The notes under the pieces are model-generated. The model worked only from the letters and a program-made list of their open reading frames with translations. It ran no database searches and was not told the DNA's origin. A DNA stretch of 64,000 nt from Eledone cirrhosa (Eukaryota), in contig OZ024742.1 in NCBI GenBank assembly GCA_964016885.1, positions 98,828,001 to 98,892,000 of the forward strand. Reading direction: 5' to 3'. Positions 39,196-53,200 of this stretch are shown in pieces (position 1 is the first letter of the stretch; each line of letters begins with the position of its first letter). Both the position numbers and the translations under genes were made by a program.

Positions 39196-40277
39196 ATGAA
39201 TGAATGAATACACTAAGCTTTAGATATAGTAGAATGTACTGATAGAATTTACTAATAGAAACTACTGATTCCAGCCATTTGCACTATCATATTTGGTTTC
39301 TATTAATTTCTGAAGAATTGGTTGACCAAATGCTTTGCTTAATTGTTTTATTTACTTTTTAAAAGATTTTATTCTTTCTCTATTCAGGTATTTTTTAAAG
39401 CAAAGCATTGGCAATTAAAACACTTCAGTGGCCCTTGTAATGCTACTGTGGACCCCCTGGGGCCTACCTGCCATTGGGCAATCTGTTAATTTGGCCAGTC
39501 CCCCACTGTATGTATGTATGCTTGCATTTAACCTTCAACCATCACGATGCTTATTGTAACAATTGTATGATCAATGAAATAGCCTGCCTATAAACATAAC
39601 GTGAATGTGTCTGGTCTTTCCATAGACACGTGTACACTTAACATAAATCTCAAGGACATTCACCGATTGAATTAGCAGTATAACTCATTTTTTCCAGATT
39701 CATGTTCTGGCTTCACGCGAAATAAAATGCTTTTCGGAAAGACTAAACGCGCCTCGAGTAGAATAAAATTAAGTAATCTAAAATAAGAAAAACATCACAA
39801 GCGTTTTACTCTGGGTTTAGAATTTCCGTTAAGCAACATAAAGCTCAACAATTTTTCCCCTTACTGTAGTTTTTTAAACAAAAGAATAGAATTGAACCTC
39901 TCAATATGTTAATACCGTCTATTCGGCCAGAAGTGTTCAATTATCGGAGGGGCTTCTGATTATCATTATGAGAAAAGGTGAAAAATCAGGTGCCTCCTGC
40001 GAGCCAGTAATGTGTACAATACTGCATACAAGTTTAGATCGACAAAACAGGGTAAATAATTGTATATCACGTACAAGGTGTCGAGTCTAAAATTGTCATG
40101 AGAAGTATAAGCCAGTATCAACTGTTTAACAACTCATCACTTATGCTGGGAAAATAACATATATAAGAAAAATGTATCAGTAATATACTTTACACCGCGA
40201 TAGAAGATTGTTAAAAAATCATAATTTAGAGAAGCTTATAAATATAGAATTATGTTAAATAAAAATTCATATATATC

Positions 40278-40310
<33 letters not shown>

Positions 40311-41289
40311 ATGTATTTATATATATATGTTTTTGTGCGCGTGTGAGTGCGTGTGTATGTGTGTGTGTTTGTTTGTGTAGGGGTGTCTGTGTGCTCGTGT
40401 GTATGTTTTCTAAACTTACATTAACACGAAAATAATTATAATACCAAAGATGTATGTCTTTATATACGTATTTAATTTCCAATGATCCTAGCAAAAGTGT
40501 TTATAATTCTATAACACATCTAAAGAGAAAGGGAAGATTATTTCCAGAACATCCTCTTTGTTCTGCTTTAAGAAAATATTACATATGTTTATAATCTGAT
40601 TATTTTACTACATCTATCCCATAGTTTATTCATCCTACCATTTATCATAACATATATGTGTGTGTGTGTGCGTGTGTATACATACATACACACACACGCT
40701 CACACTCACGCACACACATATATATATATATATACAAATAGACAGAAAAGAATTCTGAGTTGCAACGTAAATAAATGTTATCACTATATTGTTTCGATAT
40801 CGACAAGCTCATCATAGTGAAATATAAACCACGAACGATGCTGACACTCGTAAATGTATTGGGTGTTTTAACTGGCGAACAGCCTGTATTTATAGTCATA
40901 CAAACACCTACCATGTACGTGCACACATATATATATATATATAGGAAAAGAGTCAGGACCCCGACGGCTGAGCTCCGGCCGTTTCGACAGCTGGTTCTGA
41001 ACTAACGCAGTATTGTTAGCACAGCACTAGTCTGGCTGAACTTATGAAGAGGTAATTCCATACTTGGGCATGCCCTGGTGTCAAGGAGTTCTCGAATTTG
41101 TTTTTATCAGGGGAGTGGTCAAAGGTTTTGTAAACACAGTTAAGTTCCTTCATAGCGGCGGGTGTGGTTGGCGTGGTCATGTAAGCCGGTCATATTACTC
41201 CCTATCCTTGATCTACAGGCAAGTTCAGCCACCCCATATATATATATATATATATATATATATCATACACACACACAGACACACACACG

Positions 41290-41323
<34 letters not shown>

Positions 41324-41779
41324 CATAAAGTGAGAGATATAGACAGATAAATGCAAAGATATATATATATATATATAGATAGATAGTTAGATACATAAAT
41401 AGATAGATATATAGATAGATAATTGTGTGCTTGTGTATGTGTTTATGAAGAGATATTAATGTACCAATAGATAAAACTGATTCAATTCGTACCTGCAAGG
41501 GTATAGAATACGGATATATAATGAAAAGAGAAAATAAAAGGATGAATTGGAACATGGCTTTAGAAATAGTTTCTGTAAAAGCATCATTGAAAAAGAGAAG
41601 AACCTCGTAGTTTCCTTTGCAGTGAATGCTTTCTTAATATGAAAGTGTTTTACTAACATTTTCTTCTAGGCTTTTCTCTTTCAAACCGACACAAACTTAC
41701 AACCATCCTCACATTCATACCTGCATACTTGCAGACACACGCTCACCCAAACACACACACACACACACACACACATATG

Positions 41780-41816
<37 letters not shown>

Positions 41817-41991
41817 CTGTGTCTCTCTCTAAGTGTGTGTACGTGTGTATGTATAGGAATATATATATATACATATATATATATATAATATACATAAATG
41901 CATATAACATATATCCATCTGCCTCACATATTTAACAACACCAATGAATACATATTTGCATACATATATTCATACATTGATACATACATAA

Positions 41992-42051
<60 letters not shown>

Positions 42052-42055
42052 ACAA

Positions 42056-42136
<81 letters not shown>

Positions 42137-42559
42137 TGTGTGTATGTACATATGCATATATTTATATATGAATGTATATAAAAGTGAATGTAATCTTTCA
42201 TCAACTGTAAATTCTTTGTAATAAGCATGAAGGAATAGCAGAAAGCTTTGAAAATTCTTTGTCTTTGAGATATAATGCAGACAATCGTCGTGAAAATCTA
42301 TACTATCGATTTTCTGCAGGGCTAAAATCATGAAAAATCACGATCTGTCAGAAATCTATTTCTTGTGAAATTCTAAATCAACATAAAGCAGGATTATTTA
42401 AAAAAAAAAACTTTGTATATCAAATGTGCCAAGTGAGACTATACCTAAAAAATCTTTGTCACTCATTAAATTTGAACCATCTCCAATTTCTTCACATCAT
42501 TTCTTTTACTTTTCTTTCTCTTTTCAGCTTAACATCCATTTTAAATTTCATGTTTCATT

Positions 42560-43270
42560 TCTGGCAGCTCCATTAATTTATATTGGATTCAGTGGCCTCG
42601 TTGTGATAGATGTACTTGTACATGAGTCATTGTTCACCAAGCTTTGGTTAAGCCATCTCAAGTCAGTGTACCTAAAGCATCGCTATTAGAAGCAAAGAGC
42701 TGACACAGCTTAGAATGTGATAGGCGATAGAATTGGCAAAAGCCTCGCTGAATGAAATTCAATATTGTAATTACATATCTTGCCTTTGATACTCTGAATA
42801 CGAATTCAAAATAGGAGTCTTGTCTGTCTTGTATATCTCTGAGGTTCATGAAATAATATGCAAGGGATATTACTGTTTTCCCAGGCTGGTGCTTCGCATC
42901 CTCGGCTTCATCTGAAGACACAGTATCTTATCATGGATTCCACTCAGAACCTGCAGATCTGACTATTTTATTTCTAATAGTGCAGTGTCATTATGTTGCT
43001 GGCTGCAAAGATCGTTAAATCTCGTTATTGGTGTTGTAGGTATGTTATTTAGGATAATGTTTGTCATTCTCTACCTGGTGCACAGTATATAGTGTGGTCA
43101 TCTGGAAATGTATGATATAGAGTTTAGTAGTGTAAGCATAGTAGTGTCACCATCATCCTCATACTTCAATTGTTGTAGCAGACAGCCGTGAGCACTCATC
43201 ATTTATTGAACCTTTCATAACCCTTTGTAGCCCCATGGTCTGATGATTAGCTGTGGATATCACTGAATTA
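42560..43270 (-). pseudogene. Possible highly decayed RTE-like LINE fragment
   Basis: Scattered motifs LKYEDD, RVSKARY and LRWL occur in the expected order; weak. Confidence 0.3.
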
Positions 43271-44486
43271 TGGATCCGGAAGGAGAACTCGGACACGTAA
43301 CAACAAAGCATGTGTAAAATTCGTCAATTGTTATTTGTATTGTTATTTTATGTAAACCGCAAAAAGAGAAAATTGACAAGGTATGTGAACTGCAGGTGCA
43401 AAGAGCCGGAACAATTACTAAATATATTTTATGCAAGGCCATAACGAATTTGCCACTTCGGTCACTCTCTCAGGCGGTCTTTGTGATATTTAGGACGTGT
43501 GTCATACGATGTGACATGCACGGCAGCTTTAGTGGGATGTAATGTGTGTAGTGTATTTTATAATAGCAAATACATATTGTGAGGGTGGTAGTTTGTGTGG
43601 TAGAGCGTGATAGTACGAAAACGTTCGTTGTGTAATATAATTTAGTTACTATGGATGCTGTGTGACGTATAACGTGGTATATTGGACAGGTTATGGTGAA
43701 TGTGATGAATATAATTTTTGCTGCAAAATTATGAATATGTATTACAATATATGTATGCATGCACCTTTTGAGTTATGTATCGTTGTATTTTGGGCAAAAG
43801 GCAACAGATTTGAACTCATATCTTCTTCAATGGTAGTTTATAACCTTATCTGTTCACTCAACCATTTCTTATCCAGCTAGCTCTTTGCATTAATCTCATG
43901 TATTAGCTATAGAATGGAACATTTATTTATTTATGTCTGTTGTATGCCTGTGTTATTTTTCAATTATTCTAAATTACTTTTAAAATTATGAAAAAGTTGT
44001 TGATATGAAGTTCAATGTCTTGCCAATAATATCCGTATTACGTATTTTTCGTTGTTACTGCTGTTTTCTTAATATTTTTTTTGCTTATTTATTACTATTA
44101 TTATTTTAATTTAATTTTATTTTATTTTTTGTTGCGACATCTAAATCCGGTCCTGAGTTCAAGTTAAAATGTTAGCATTGAAACGGAAGAAAAACTAATT
44201 GTCCGTATATGGTATTAGAGGAACAAAGGCTGTTGATCTTTAAATTTGTTTCCAGAGTAAACAAACGTGAAAGCTTTGTTCTATCATATAGCAAAGATAG
44301 GCATACCCCAACATCAGCCTCACCACAATAGTTATTATACTCATATTCATCATCATTTTCGACATCATCTCAATCTACCATCATGTGTAATTTTTGCGTC
44401 TCTATGCGTACATCTGCATAGGTGTATGGGGCTATTTGAAAGTGCATCCATGAGTGATTTTAGAGAATAAACAAAGGGTTTACACA

Positions 44487-44545
<59 letters not shown>

Positions 44546-44577
44546 TCTCTGTCTCTCTATACATGCATACACACATA

Positions 44578-44614
<37 letters not shown>

Positions 44615-45189
44615 CTGTGAGTGTGTCATTTTAAAAATAAAATTTGAATATAAGTGTAATATAAGTGTATAAATATGTTTCTAAATTTTTAGTCTGTTTA
44701 TCTATAAATGTTTCTCTTTATAGTTTATATGTGTATATATGTGTGGCATATAGAAATGTTTATGATATTATCTATATACAGAATTAAGTTGGTTTTTTGG
44801 AAATTTGAAAATAACAAATTTGTACATATTAACTGCATAGAAAACTTTAATTATATATAAACTTATAAAAATTAAGAAGACACAAAATTGTGTAGCCATT
44901 TATTTGACAATTTCGAGGGAGAGCGTGTGTATGGATACGTGTGTGTATATTATATTCAATCTCAAACCGAAAAATTTATAAAGCGTTCATTAATTTATTT
45001 CTGTATTGAAAAGAAACAAAATCCGCCCACTCTCATAAACATACATACATATTTCCAAATATATAAATATATATGCATAAGTACATCCATACATACATAC
45101 ATATATATATATACAGCTATACATTAAATATATGTATGTATATACACATATATATGTTTACACACACTAACAAACAGACACACACACAT

Positions 45190-45221
<32 letters not shown>

Positions 45222-45746
45222 TATATATATACATCTATATATGCATATATATTTCATGTATATATATATATATATATATGCAGTCATTCATACTTACATG
45301 CATACATACACACACACATACACACAAACATATATACATACATACACACAGATACACATAATACAAACACACACACATACAAACATACATATATACATAT
45401 CTGATTTCACTTGTTGCTTCTATTCAAGCATAATTGTGTCTGTTTGTTATCAATTACTTTTACACTCCAGTAAGTTAAGCAAGCACCGATTTCTTATAAA
45501 TGTAGCAGTTATCTTCAGCATTAACCAAAGACAATTCTTTCTTACTTAATATCTTTCAGAAGCTCATTATAATTTACTGAAAGTAAAAAATAATAATAAT
45601 ATAGAAATCACAAAAAAATAAAATTACAAAGAAAATTTGATTTAATTGAATTTAGAAAAATTCATATTTTTTTTTATTATTTTAAATTTATTATTAATTT
45701 ATTTCATTTTCCTCTGATTTGTCGTTGTGATTGCTATCATTATTGT

Positions 45747-46312
45747 TGCAATTACCCAGTGCATTACTGGTACTTTATTTTACGGGGTCGATAAAATAAA
45801 GTACCAGTAATGCACTGGATAATTGCTGGCCTTGTGCCAAAAGTAGAAACAATTATTGTTGTCTTATTTTGTTGGTGCCGTGATTGCCAAGGGCGGTGGA
45901 TTGGCAGTATCGGTAGAGGGTCGGACGCCATGCTTTGACGTAGAGAATTACGTCCCTTGCCATGCTGAGTTCAAATCCCGCCGAGGTTAACTATGCCTTT
46001 CATCCTTATAGGGTCGATAAAATAAGGTAATGCACTGGCTAATTGCTGGCTTTGTGCCAAACGTAGGAACAATTATTACAGTTGCATTTATCTGGATTTA
46101 TTATTATTATTGTCGTTGTTGTTGTTGTTGTTACTATGTAGATATACATTTATAATGTTTGTCATAACATTGTTGTATTTTGCCGTTCATTATTATTGTA
46201 GTATCGGTGGAGGTTAACTTTGCCTTTCATCCTTACGGGGTCGATAAAATAAAGTACCAGTAGTACACTGGAAAATTGCTGGCCTTGTGCCAATAGTAGA
46301 AACAATTATTAT
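45747..46312 (+). mobile_element. Three SINE copies: inverted 3' dimer, full-length copy, internally deleted copy
   Basis: 45747-45857 is a fold-back, 45889-46077 is full length, and about 46198-46312 is partial. Confidence 0.85.
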
Positions 46313-46319
46313 TGTGTGA

Positions 46320-47708
46320 TTAGGAATACGAAGCGGTGACAGGGGCAAAGATAAACCAGGAAAAGTCGGTGAGCTTGCAGCTCGGCACCTGGAGTTGCAA
46401 GTCCATGCCGTCCGACAGCGTCGTGGGGCGTTGGACGGACGGACCGGTTAAATTGCTCGGGGTCTGGTTCGGAATGGACCTCCAGATGGAGAAAAACTGG
46501 CGCGAGATGACGAGCAGGGTGGCCTTCTTCAACCAGAAATGGGCCGAGATGAAGCTGTCTCGGAAAGGCCGGGCGTAGGTGGCGAATACGTACATCGCAT
46601 CCGTCATCTGCTACCGCCTCACCGTCGTCCCTTGCCCCGGCCTAACTCTCACCAGAATGCAGCACCTCCTCTTCCGCTTCTTGTGGATGGTACGCGATCC
46701 CATGTTCAGACGATCCATCTGCTGTCAACACCCGTTGCGTGGAGGACTGGGCATGCCATGGCTGATGATGCGCAAACATGCGCTGAGGCTGCAACATCTC
46801 TGGTGCTTCCTTGATGGTGAACAGGTGTGGTCGCCGTTCGCCAGGCATGTTTGCCCACAGCTCGGTTCCTTGACGTAGCTGCAGTCCTGGGCCAGGAAAA
46901 GACCGAGGAATAGTACTTGGAAACTGGAATGTCTCCAGGCGCTCACCACCCTCTGCCAGCTGGGCACCAGTATCGGTGGAACATCCACCTCGGCGTTCTA
47001 TAGTGGACTAGTGGAGGGGAAGAGCGACGACGTTCTCGGGGAGATCCTGAGCGTCGAAGAACTTTCAGCCCAGGTCCTATGGTAACTTCCAGAAATCCCT
47101 GGCCTGGCAGTGCTACCGGGAAGCGTTGCCGGTTCGAGATAAGCTCTACAGCCACGGAAATGCCGTCAGCCGAGCCTGTCAGTGATGCGCGCAGAGCGAC
47201 GAAACCGTCGGGCACGCACTCGTTCAGTGCCCGAGCATTGCTGACTTGTGGAGCTATGTCGAACAGTTGCTGTCGCGTGTATTACTGATCCGGTTAACGA
47301 CTGAGTCCATTGTGCAGATGGTCTCGCCGTCTTCCTTCGAGGAGGTAGGGCAGGTGGTTTTCATCTGCCTGGTGGCCATGGCGAAAGAGATTGTGTGGTG
47401 GACAAGGTTGAAAGGGTTAAAGACAGGCACTTTCCTCTTCAGCGAATGCCTGATTAACTTTTTCAGTTTCACTTGAAGAGGAAAATCAGGGTGGAGAGGC
47501 AAGTGCTGCTTTCTGGCAAGTATGTTGAAAGGTGGGTGAATGTAGCGAGAATGATCCGAGTAAACGGGACCGCTCTGAATATACGCTTGTAGTTTGAGGA
47601 ATAGAAAAATTGAAAGAGGGCGCTTTTGTGTGGTTTTCGCCACGAGCAACCCTCAGAAGTTTTCACCGTATAGGGGAATTTTTCATTGTTTGAATTTTCA
47701 TTTTTATT

Positions 47709-47745
<37 letters not shown>

Positions 47746-47903
47746 TCTATGTCTTTTTTCTTTTTCGTTTCTTATATAAATAATAAAAATCTTTACACGC
47801 ACAAAACCCACATCGTACCGTCCTGTACCGCCCCGTGCCGTCTGTGATGTTTTTCTTGATGTCAGCCCTTGTGGCCAATAAAGAAATCATTATTATTGTG
47901 TGA
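46320..47903 (+). mobile_element. 5'-truncated Tx1/L1-clade LINE with 15-bp TSD
   Basis: GAKINQEKS, KLLGVWF, LSRKGR, HPLRGGLG and C-terminal ALPVRDKL...C..C....ETVGHALVQC, with internal stops. It ends aataaagaaatc(att)n. TSD attattattgtgtga at 46305-46319 and 47889-47903. Confidence 0.9.
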
Positions 47904-48039
47904 CATTCTTATAGTTTGTTTGTTTTTTTCTGAGCTGTCGCTGCTGTTCCTTTTAATATTATCAGCGCCATCATAATTGTCATTACTATTATTATTAATA
48001 TTATTATTATTATATTTTTATATGTTCATTGTTAAATTA

Positions 48040-48157
48040 GTCTTGCCATTGTGCACTTTTACTCGACCTTATTGTAAACCCCCACAGTCCCTGTCTTTGT
48101 ATTGTCCCCTACAATTCGGCCCTTGTGGCTAATAAATGAAATCATTATTATTATTAT
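48040..48157 (+). mobile_element. Tx1-family 3' end fragment
   Basis: ggcccttgtggctaataaatgaaatc(att)n matches the end at 47865-47897. Confidence 0.65.
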
Positions 48158-48158
48158 T

Positions 48159-48429
48159 GTTCTTTGAGTCTCAGTCATTGATGTTAGTTAACTGGAAAGT
48201 TTGTTGAAATGAATATCAAGCCACTACCTGCAGCCTCAGATATTCAGGACGTATCGGAGGGTTCTTGCTGTTCCCAGCAAGCATGCCTTTTGAAGCGTTC
48301 CAAAAAGCGTGGCGGGGCCAATTTTCTTTAACCATCCCTGGAAACTTTTTGAGATAGTACCTAGTGCGCCTATGACAATCGGGACCACTTTGACTTCATG
48401 GCAGTTCCAAATCCTTTTTACCTCCCACA
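48159..48429 (-). mobile_element. R4/Dong-like element, short 3' fragment
   Basis: WEVKRIWNCHEVKVVPIVIGALG...RYVLNI* plus the 3' UTR shared with the full-length copy. Confidence 0.9.
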
Positions 48430-48446
48430 TTAATTATTATTATGTG

Positions 48447-48755
48447 ATTGGGCCTACTCTGAGTACGTATCTGTAAATTAAAGGTGGAAAACTGGGAGAG
48501 GGCACTTGCCTTGGTGGTCAGGGTCACTGTGGCCTTTTACTGGGCTTTCTCCACAAATGTCCCTCCGAAGTCTCCCCCCTATTGGGGAATTTTTCATTGT
48601 TATTTTTTTGTTACATCCTCTGTTTTTGTTTTTTACACGCAGAAATGCCCATTTGTACCGTCCTGTATTGTCCTGCACTGTCCTTAATGTCTACTTTATG
48701 TAAACCCTCGTGGTTAATAAAGAAATCATTATTATTATTATTATTATTATTATTG
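48447..48755 (+). mobile_element. Tx1-family 3' UTR fragment
   Basis: ggggaatttttcattgt, tttacacgca.aaa, gtaccgtcctgta and aataaagaaatc(att)n are all shared with 47570-47897. Confidence 0.8.
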
Positions 48756-48760
48756 TTGTT

Positions 48761-50210
48761 ATTCCTTGAATCTCAGTCATTGATGTTGGTTAACTGGAAA
48801 GTCCGTTGGATTGAATATCAAGCCACTACCTGCAGCCTCAGATATTCAGAACGTATCGGAGGGTTCTTGCTGTTCCAAGCAAGCATGCCTTTTGAAGCGT
48901 TCCAAAAAGCGTGAAGGGGCCGATTTTCTTTAACCATCCCTGGAAACTTTTGGAGATAGTCCCCAGTGCGCCTATGACAATCGGGATCACTTTGACTTCA
49001 TGGCAGTTCCAAATCCTTTTCACCTCCCACTTTAGGACCTGGTATCGGTTAATTTTCTCCCTCTCCTTCTCTTGCACTCTCGTGTCGAATGGGCAGGCCA
49101 CATCCACAATCAGACACGATCTTTTTTCTTTGTCCACAACCACCAGGTCAGGTCTATTGTGTTCCAGTTTTTTGTCCGTCTGTATCCTAAAATCCCACAG
49201 CACCTTCACCTGATTGTTCTCCATCACCGCCTCTGGCCTATGCTCATACCATTTCTCAGAATGTGGTAAATTGTTTACTTTGCACAGGTGCCAGTGGATC
49301 ACCCTGCCCATCACATCGTGTCTCCAGCCCTTATAGTGGGTCTGGGCTAGGTGTTTACACTCGGACACAATGTGAGCCACAGTCTCCTCTCTCTCTCCAC
49401 AGATCCTGCACAGTGGGCTAGCCTCCTCCTTGTAAATATGGTGCTTCAACCACTTCGTTTTGAGGGCCTGCTCCTGCGCAGCCATTAGCATTCCTTCGTC
49501 AGCCTTTTTGAGGTCTCCTCTTCTCAACCAGTTCCATGTCTGTGGATCTCTAAATTCAGTTTTCTCAAAGAAGGTACTATGAAGGGATTTTCCCTTAAGG
49601 CTGCTCTTCCTCCTTGATGTTATTTCCTCCTTGGACATCCCCTGGCCTACTGTCCCCTCCTTCAGTACAGTTCTGAGCATTGGCTCCTTACTATAGGTCA
49701 CGTATTTGTATAGGTTGTTTTTCTCCATCTGAACACAGTCCTCTATGCTGATAAGACCTCTTCCACCCTCAGATCTCCTTAGGTAGAGTCTATCGACATC
49801 ACTCCTCTTGTGGAACATGTTGTAGATAGTCAATAGCTTCCTAGTCTTCCTATCCATTTCTTTTTGTTCAGCAACATTCCATCTCAGAATTCCCGCACTG
49901 TACCTAATAATAGACACAGCTCGGGAATTTACTGCGCTTATGGCATTTCTGCTGTTCAGATGTGACTTCAATACGCTCCTTACTCTCCGAATGTATTCAG
50001 TTCTTAACAATTCCTTCATTTTTTTTGTTCTTTATGCCATCAGCCTCCAGAACGCCCAAATACTTGTATCCTTCCTCAGAGTCAATTTCCTTTATCATCT
50101 CACCTGTTGGTATCTGGATCCCGTAACTTCTGCTCAACCTACCCCTCCTCATCACAATGACTCCACATTTACCAATACCAAACTGCATACATATATCACT
50201 GCTGAAAATA
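48761..50210 (-). mobile_element. R4/Dong-like element, 5'-truncated copy nearly identical to the full-length copy
   Basis: ORFs 48838-50019 and 49997-50188 are split by a +1 in a homopolymer; (ATT)n lies on both sides. Confidence 0.95.
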
Positions 50211-50242
50211 TTATTATTATTATTATTATTATTGCTATTGAT

Positions 50243-53200
50243 ATTCCTTGAATCTCAGTCATTGATGTTGGTTAACTGGAAAGTCCGTTGGATTGAATAT
50301 CAAGCCACTACCTGCAGCCTCAGATATTCAGGACGTATCGGAGGGTTCTTGCCGTTCCAAGCAAGCATGCCTTTTGAAGCGTTCCAAAAAGCGTGAAGGG
50401 GCCGATTTTCTTTAACCATCCCTGGAAACCTTTGGAGATAGTCCCCAGTGCGCCTATGACAATCGGGATCACTTTGACTTCATGGCAGTTCCAAATCCTT
50501 TTCACCTCCCACTTTAGGTCCTGGTATAGGTTAATTTTCTCCCTCTCCTTCTCTTGCACTCTCGTGTCGAACGGGCAGGCCACATCCACAATCAGGCACG
50601 ATCTTTTTTCTTTGTCCACAACCACCAGGTCAGGTCTATTGTGTTCCAGTTTTTTGTCCGTCTGTATCCTAAAATCCCACAGCACCTTCACCTGACTGTT
50701 CTCCATCACCGCCTCTGGCCTATGCTCATACCATTTCTCAGAATGTGGTAGATTGTTTACTTTGCACAGGTGCCAGTGGATCACCCTGCCCATCACATCG
50801 TGTCTCCAGCCCTTATAGTGGGTCTGGGCTAGGTGTTTACACTCGGACACAATGTGAGCCACAGTCTCCTCTCTCTCTCCACAGATCCTGCACAGTGGGC
50901 TAGCCTCCTCCTTGTAGATATGGTGCTTCAACCACTTCGTTTTGAGGGCCTGCTCCTGCGCAGCCATTAGCATTCCTTCTGTAGCCTTTTTGAGGTCTCC
51001 TCTTCTCAACCAGTTCCATGTCTGTGGATCTCTAAATTCAGTTTTCTCAAAGAAGGTACTATGAAGGGATTTTCCCTTAAGGCTGCTCTTCCTCCTTGAT
51101 GTTATTTCCTCCTTGGGTATCCCCTGGCCTACTGTCCCCTCCTTCAGTACAGCTCTGAGCATTGGCTCCTTACTATAGGTCACGTATTTGTATAGGTTGT
51201 TTTTCTCCATCTGAACACAGTCCTCTATGCTGATAAGACCTCTTCCACCCTCAGATCTCCTTAGGTAGAGTCTATCGACATCACTCCTCTTGTGGAACAT
51301 GTTGTAGATAGTTAATAGCTTCCTAGTCTTCCTATCCATTTCTTTTTGTTCAGCAACATTCCATCTCAGAATTCCCGCACTGTACCTAATAATAGACACA
51401 GCTCGGGAATTTACTGCGCTTATGGCATTTCTGCTGTTCAGATGTGACTTCAATTCGCTCCTTACTCTCCGAATGTATTCAGTTCTTAACAATTCCTTCA
51501 TTTTTTTGTTCTTTATGCCATCAGCCTCCAGAACGCCCAAATACTTGTATCCTTCCTCAGAGTCAATTTCCTTTATCATCTCACCTGTTGGTATCTGGAT
51601 CCCGTTACTTCTGCTCAACCTACCCCTCCTCATCACAATGACTCCACATTTACCAATACCAAACTGCATACATATATCACTGCTGAAAATACGGACAGTG
51701 TCAACAAGCACATCCAACTCCTTCTCACTTTTCCCGAAGAGCTTAAGATCGTCCATGAAGAGGAGGTGATTGATGGTAAGCTCTCCCCTTCCCAACTTGT
51801 ATCCTGCTCTCACTTTTCGCAGCATAATGGTCAAGGGCATCAGGGCAAGGACAAACAACAGAGGGGACAGGCTATCTCCCTGGAAGATACCTCTCTTGAT
51901 CTTCACGCTTCCCAAGGATACTCCAGTTGATGTCAACTCTGTCTCCCAGGACCCCATACTCCTGCCCAGCAACTGTCTGATGTTATCTGCCACCCTGAAG
52001 ATCTCCAGGCTTTTGGTGATCCAGGAATGAGGCACCATGTCAAATGCCTTTCTGTAGTCTATCCATCCCATGGCAAGATCAGTGTGTCTCCTCCTGCAAT
52101 TCCCCATTACCATCTTATCAATAAGCAACTGGTCCTTTGTACCACGTGACTTCTTTCGGCATCCTTTCTGTTCGTCCGGCAACAAGTTGTTTGTGTGGAG
52201 GTGATGGTAGATTTCCTCAGACACAATGCTCGTCAACAGTTTCCACATTACGGGCATACATGTGATAGGTCTATAGTTGGTAACATCATTACCCTTGATT
52301 CGGTCTTTCATTATCAGAACTGTGGTACCTTTTGTCAACCACTCTGGCACCTCACCCGACACCAAGCAGTCATTGAACATGGCCGTCAGCTTCGGGTGGA
52401 GGGATGTTAAATGTTTAATCCAATACCCCTGCACACCATCTGGGCCTGGTGATTTCCAGTTGGTTAGTTTTTTGGCTTGCCCCTTAAGAGTTTCAACTGT
52501 GATACTCAAATCAGTCTGTTGCTGTGCCTGCTCACCGATCTCCCTCTGTACTGTCTCAATCCACCCTGCCTGGGCATTGTGTCTATCATCCTGCTCCCAT
52601 ATTCCTCTCCAGAATGTTTTAGCTTGTTCCGCCCCAGGGATCAAGTCGGTGCCTCTTTCTTTCCCCTCAAGCTGTCCAAACAGCATCTTCTGGTTGTTGT
52701 CGAACATGCGGTTCTGTTTATACTGACTGACTCTGTTCTCGTATCGCCTGATTTTGGCACTCTTTGCTACAATGCGTTGCTTCAATTCCTCTATGATAAT
52801 ATTTAGCTTTTTACTCCTAGTTTTGTATTTTATTTCCAGTCTATTTTTAGTGCCTATGTTTTTTAGTGTCCCATTCAGTAGTGACTCAAGCTTTCCTATG
52901 TCATTTCTCATTTCCCCGATTTGCCCACTCAGTCGCTTCTTCCACCACGGCTCTGCTCTTTCTTGTCTGTTGTTTCCTCTCGCTTTTATACCAAGTAGTT
53001 TCCTCACCGTATTTGCTGTTGCTTTGAGGATATTGTTGCACTGGTGAAGACTCCTCGCCTCAAGGTATGGGATGACTTTGTTTACCTTAGCTGTTGTTTC
53101 TTTTAACTTTTTCCTGTCTACAAATCTTAGGTTCATAGGTCTCCCACTATCATTGTTCAACTCATCTACCACTAAATTTAGGATGTCAACCGAATCTTGT

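Noticed and set aside
39426-39508. cagtgg...ccactg mini-TIR element
   Set aside because: Only 6 bp of TIR and no TSD; insufficient.
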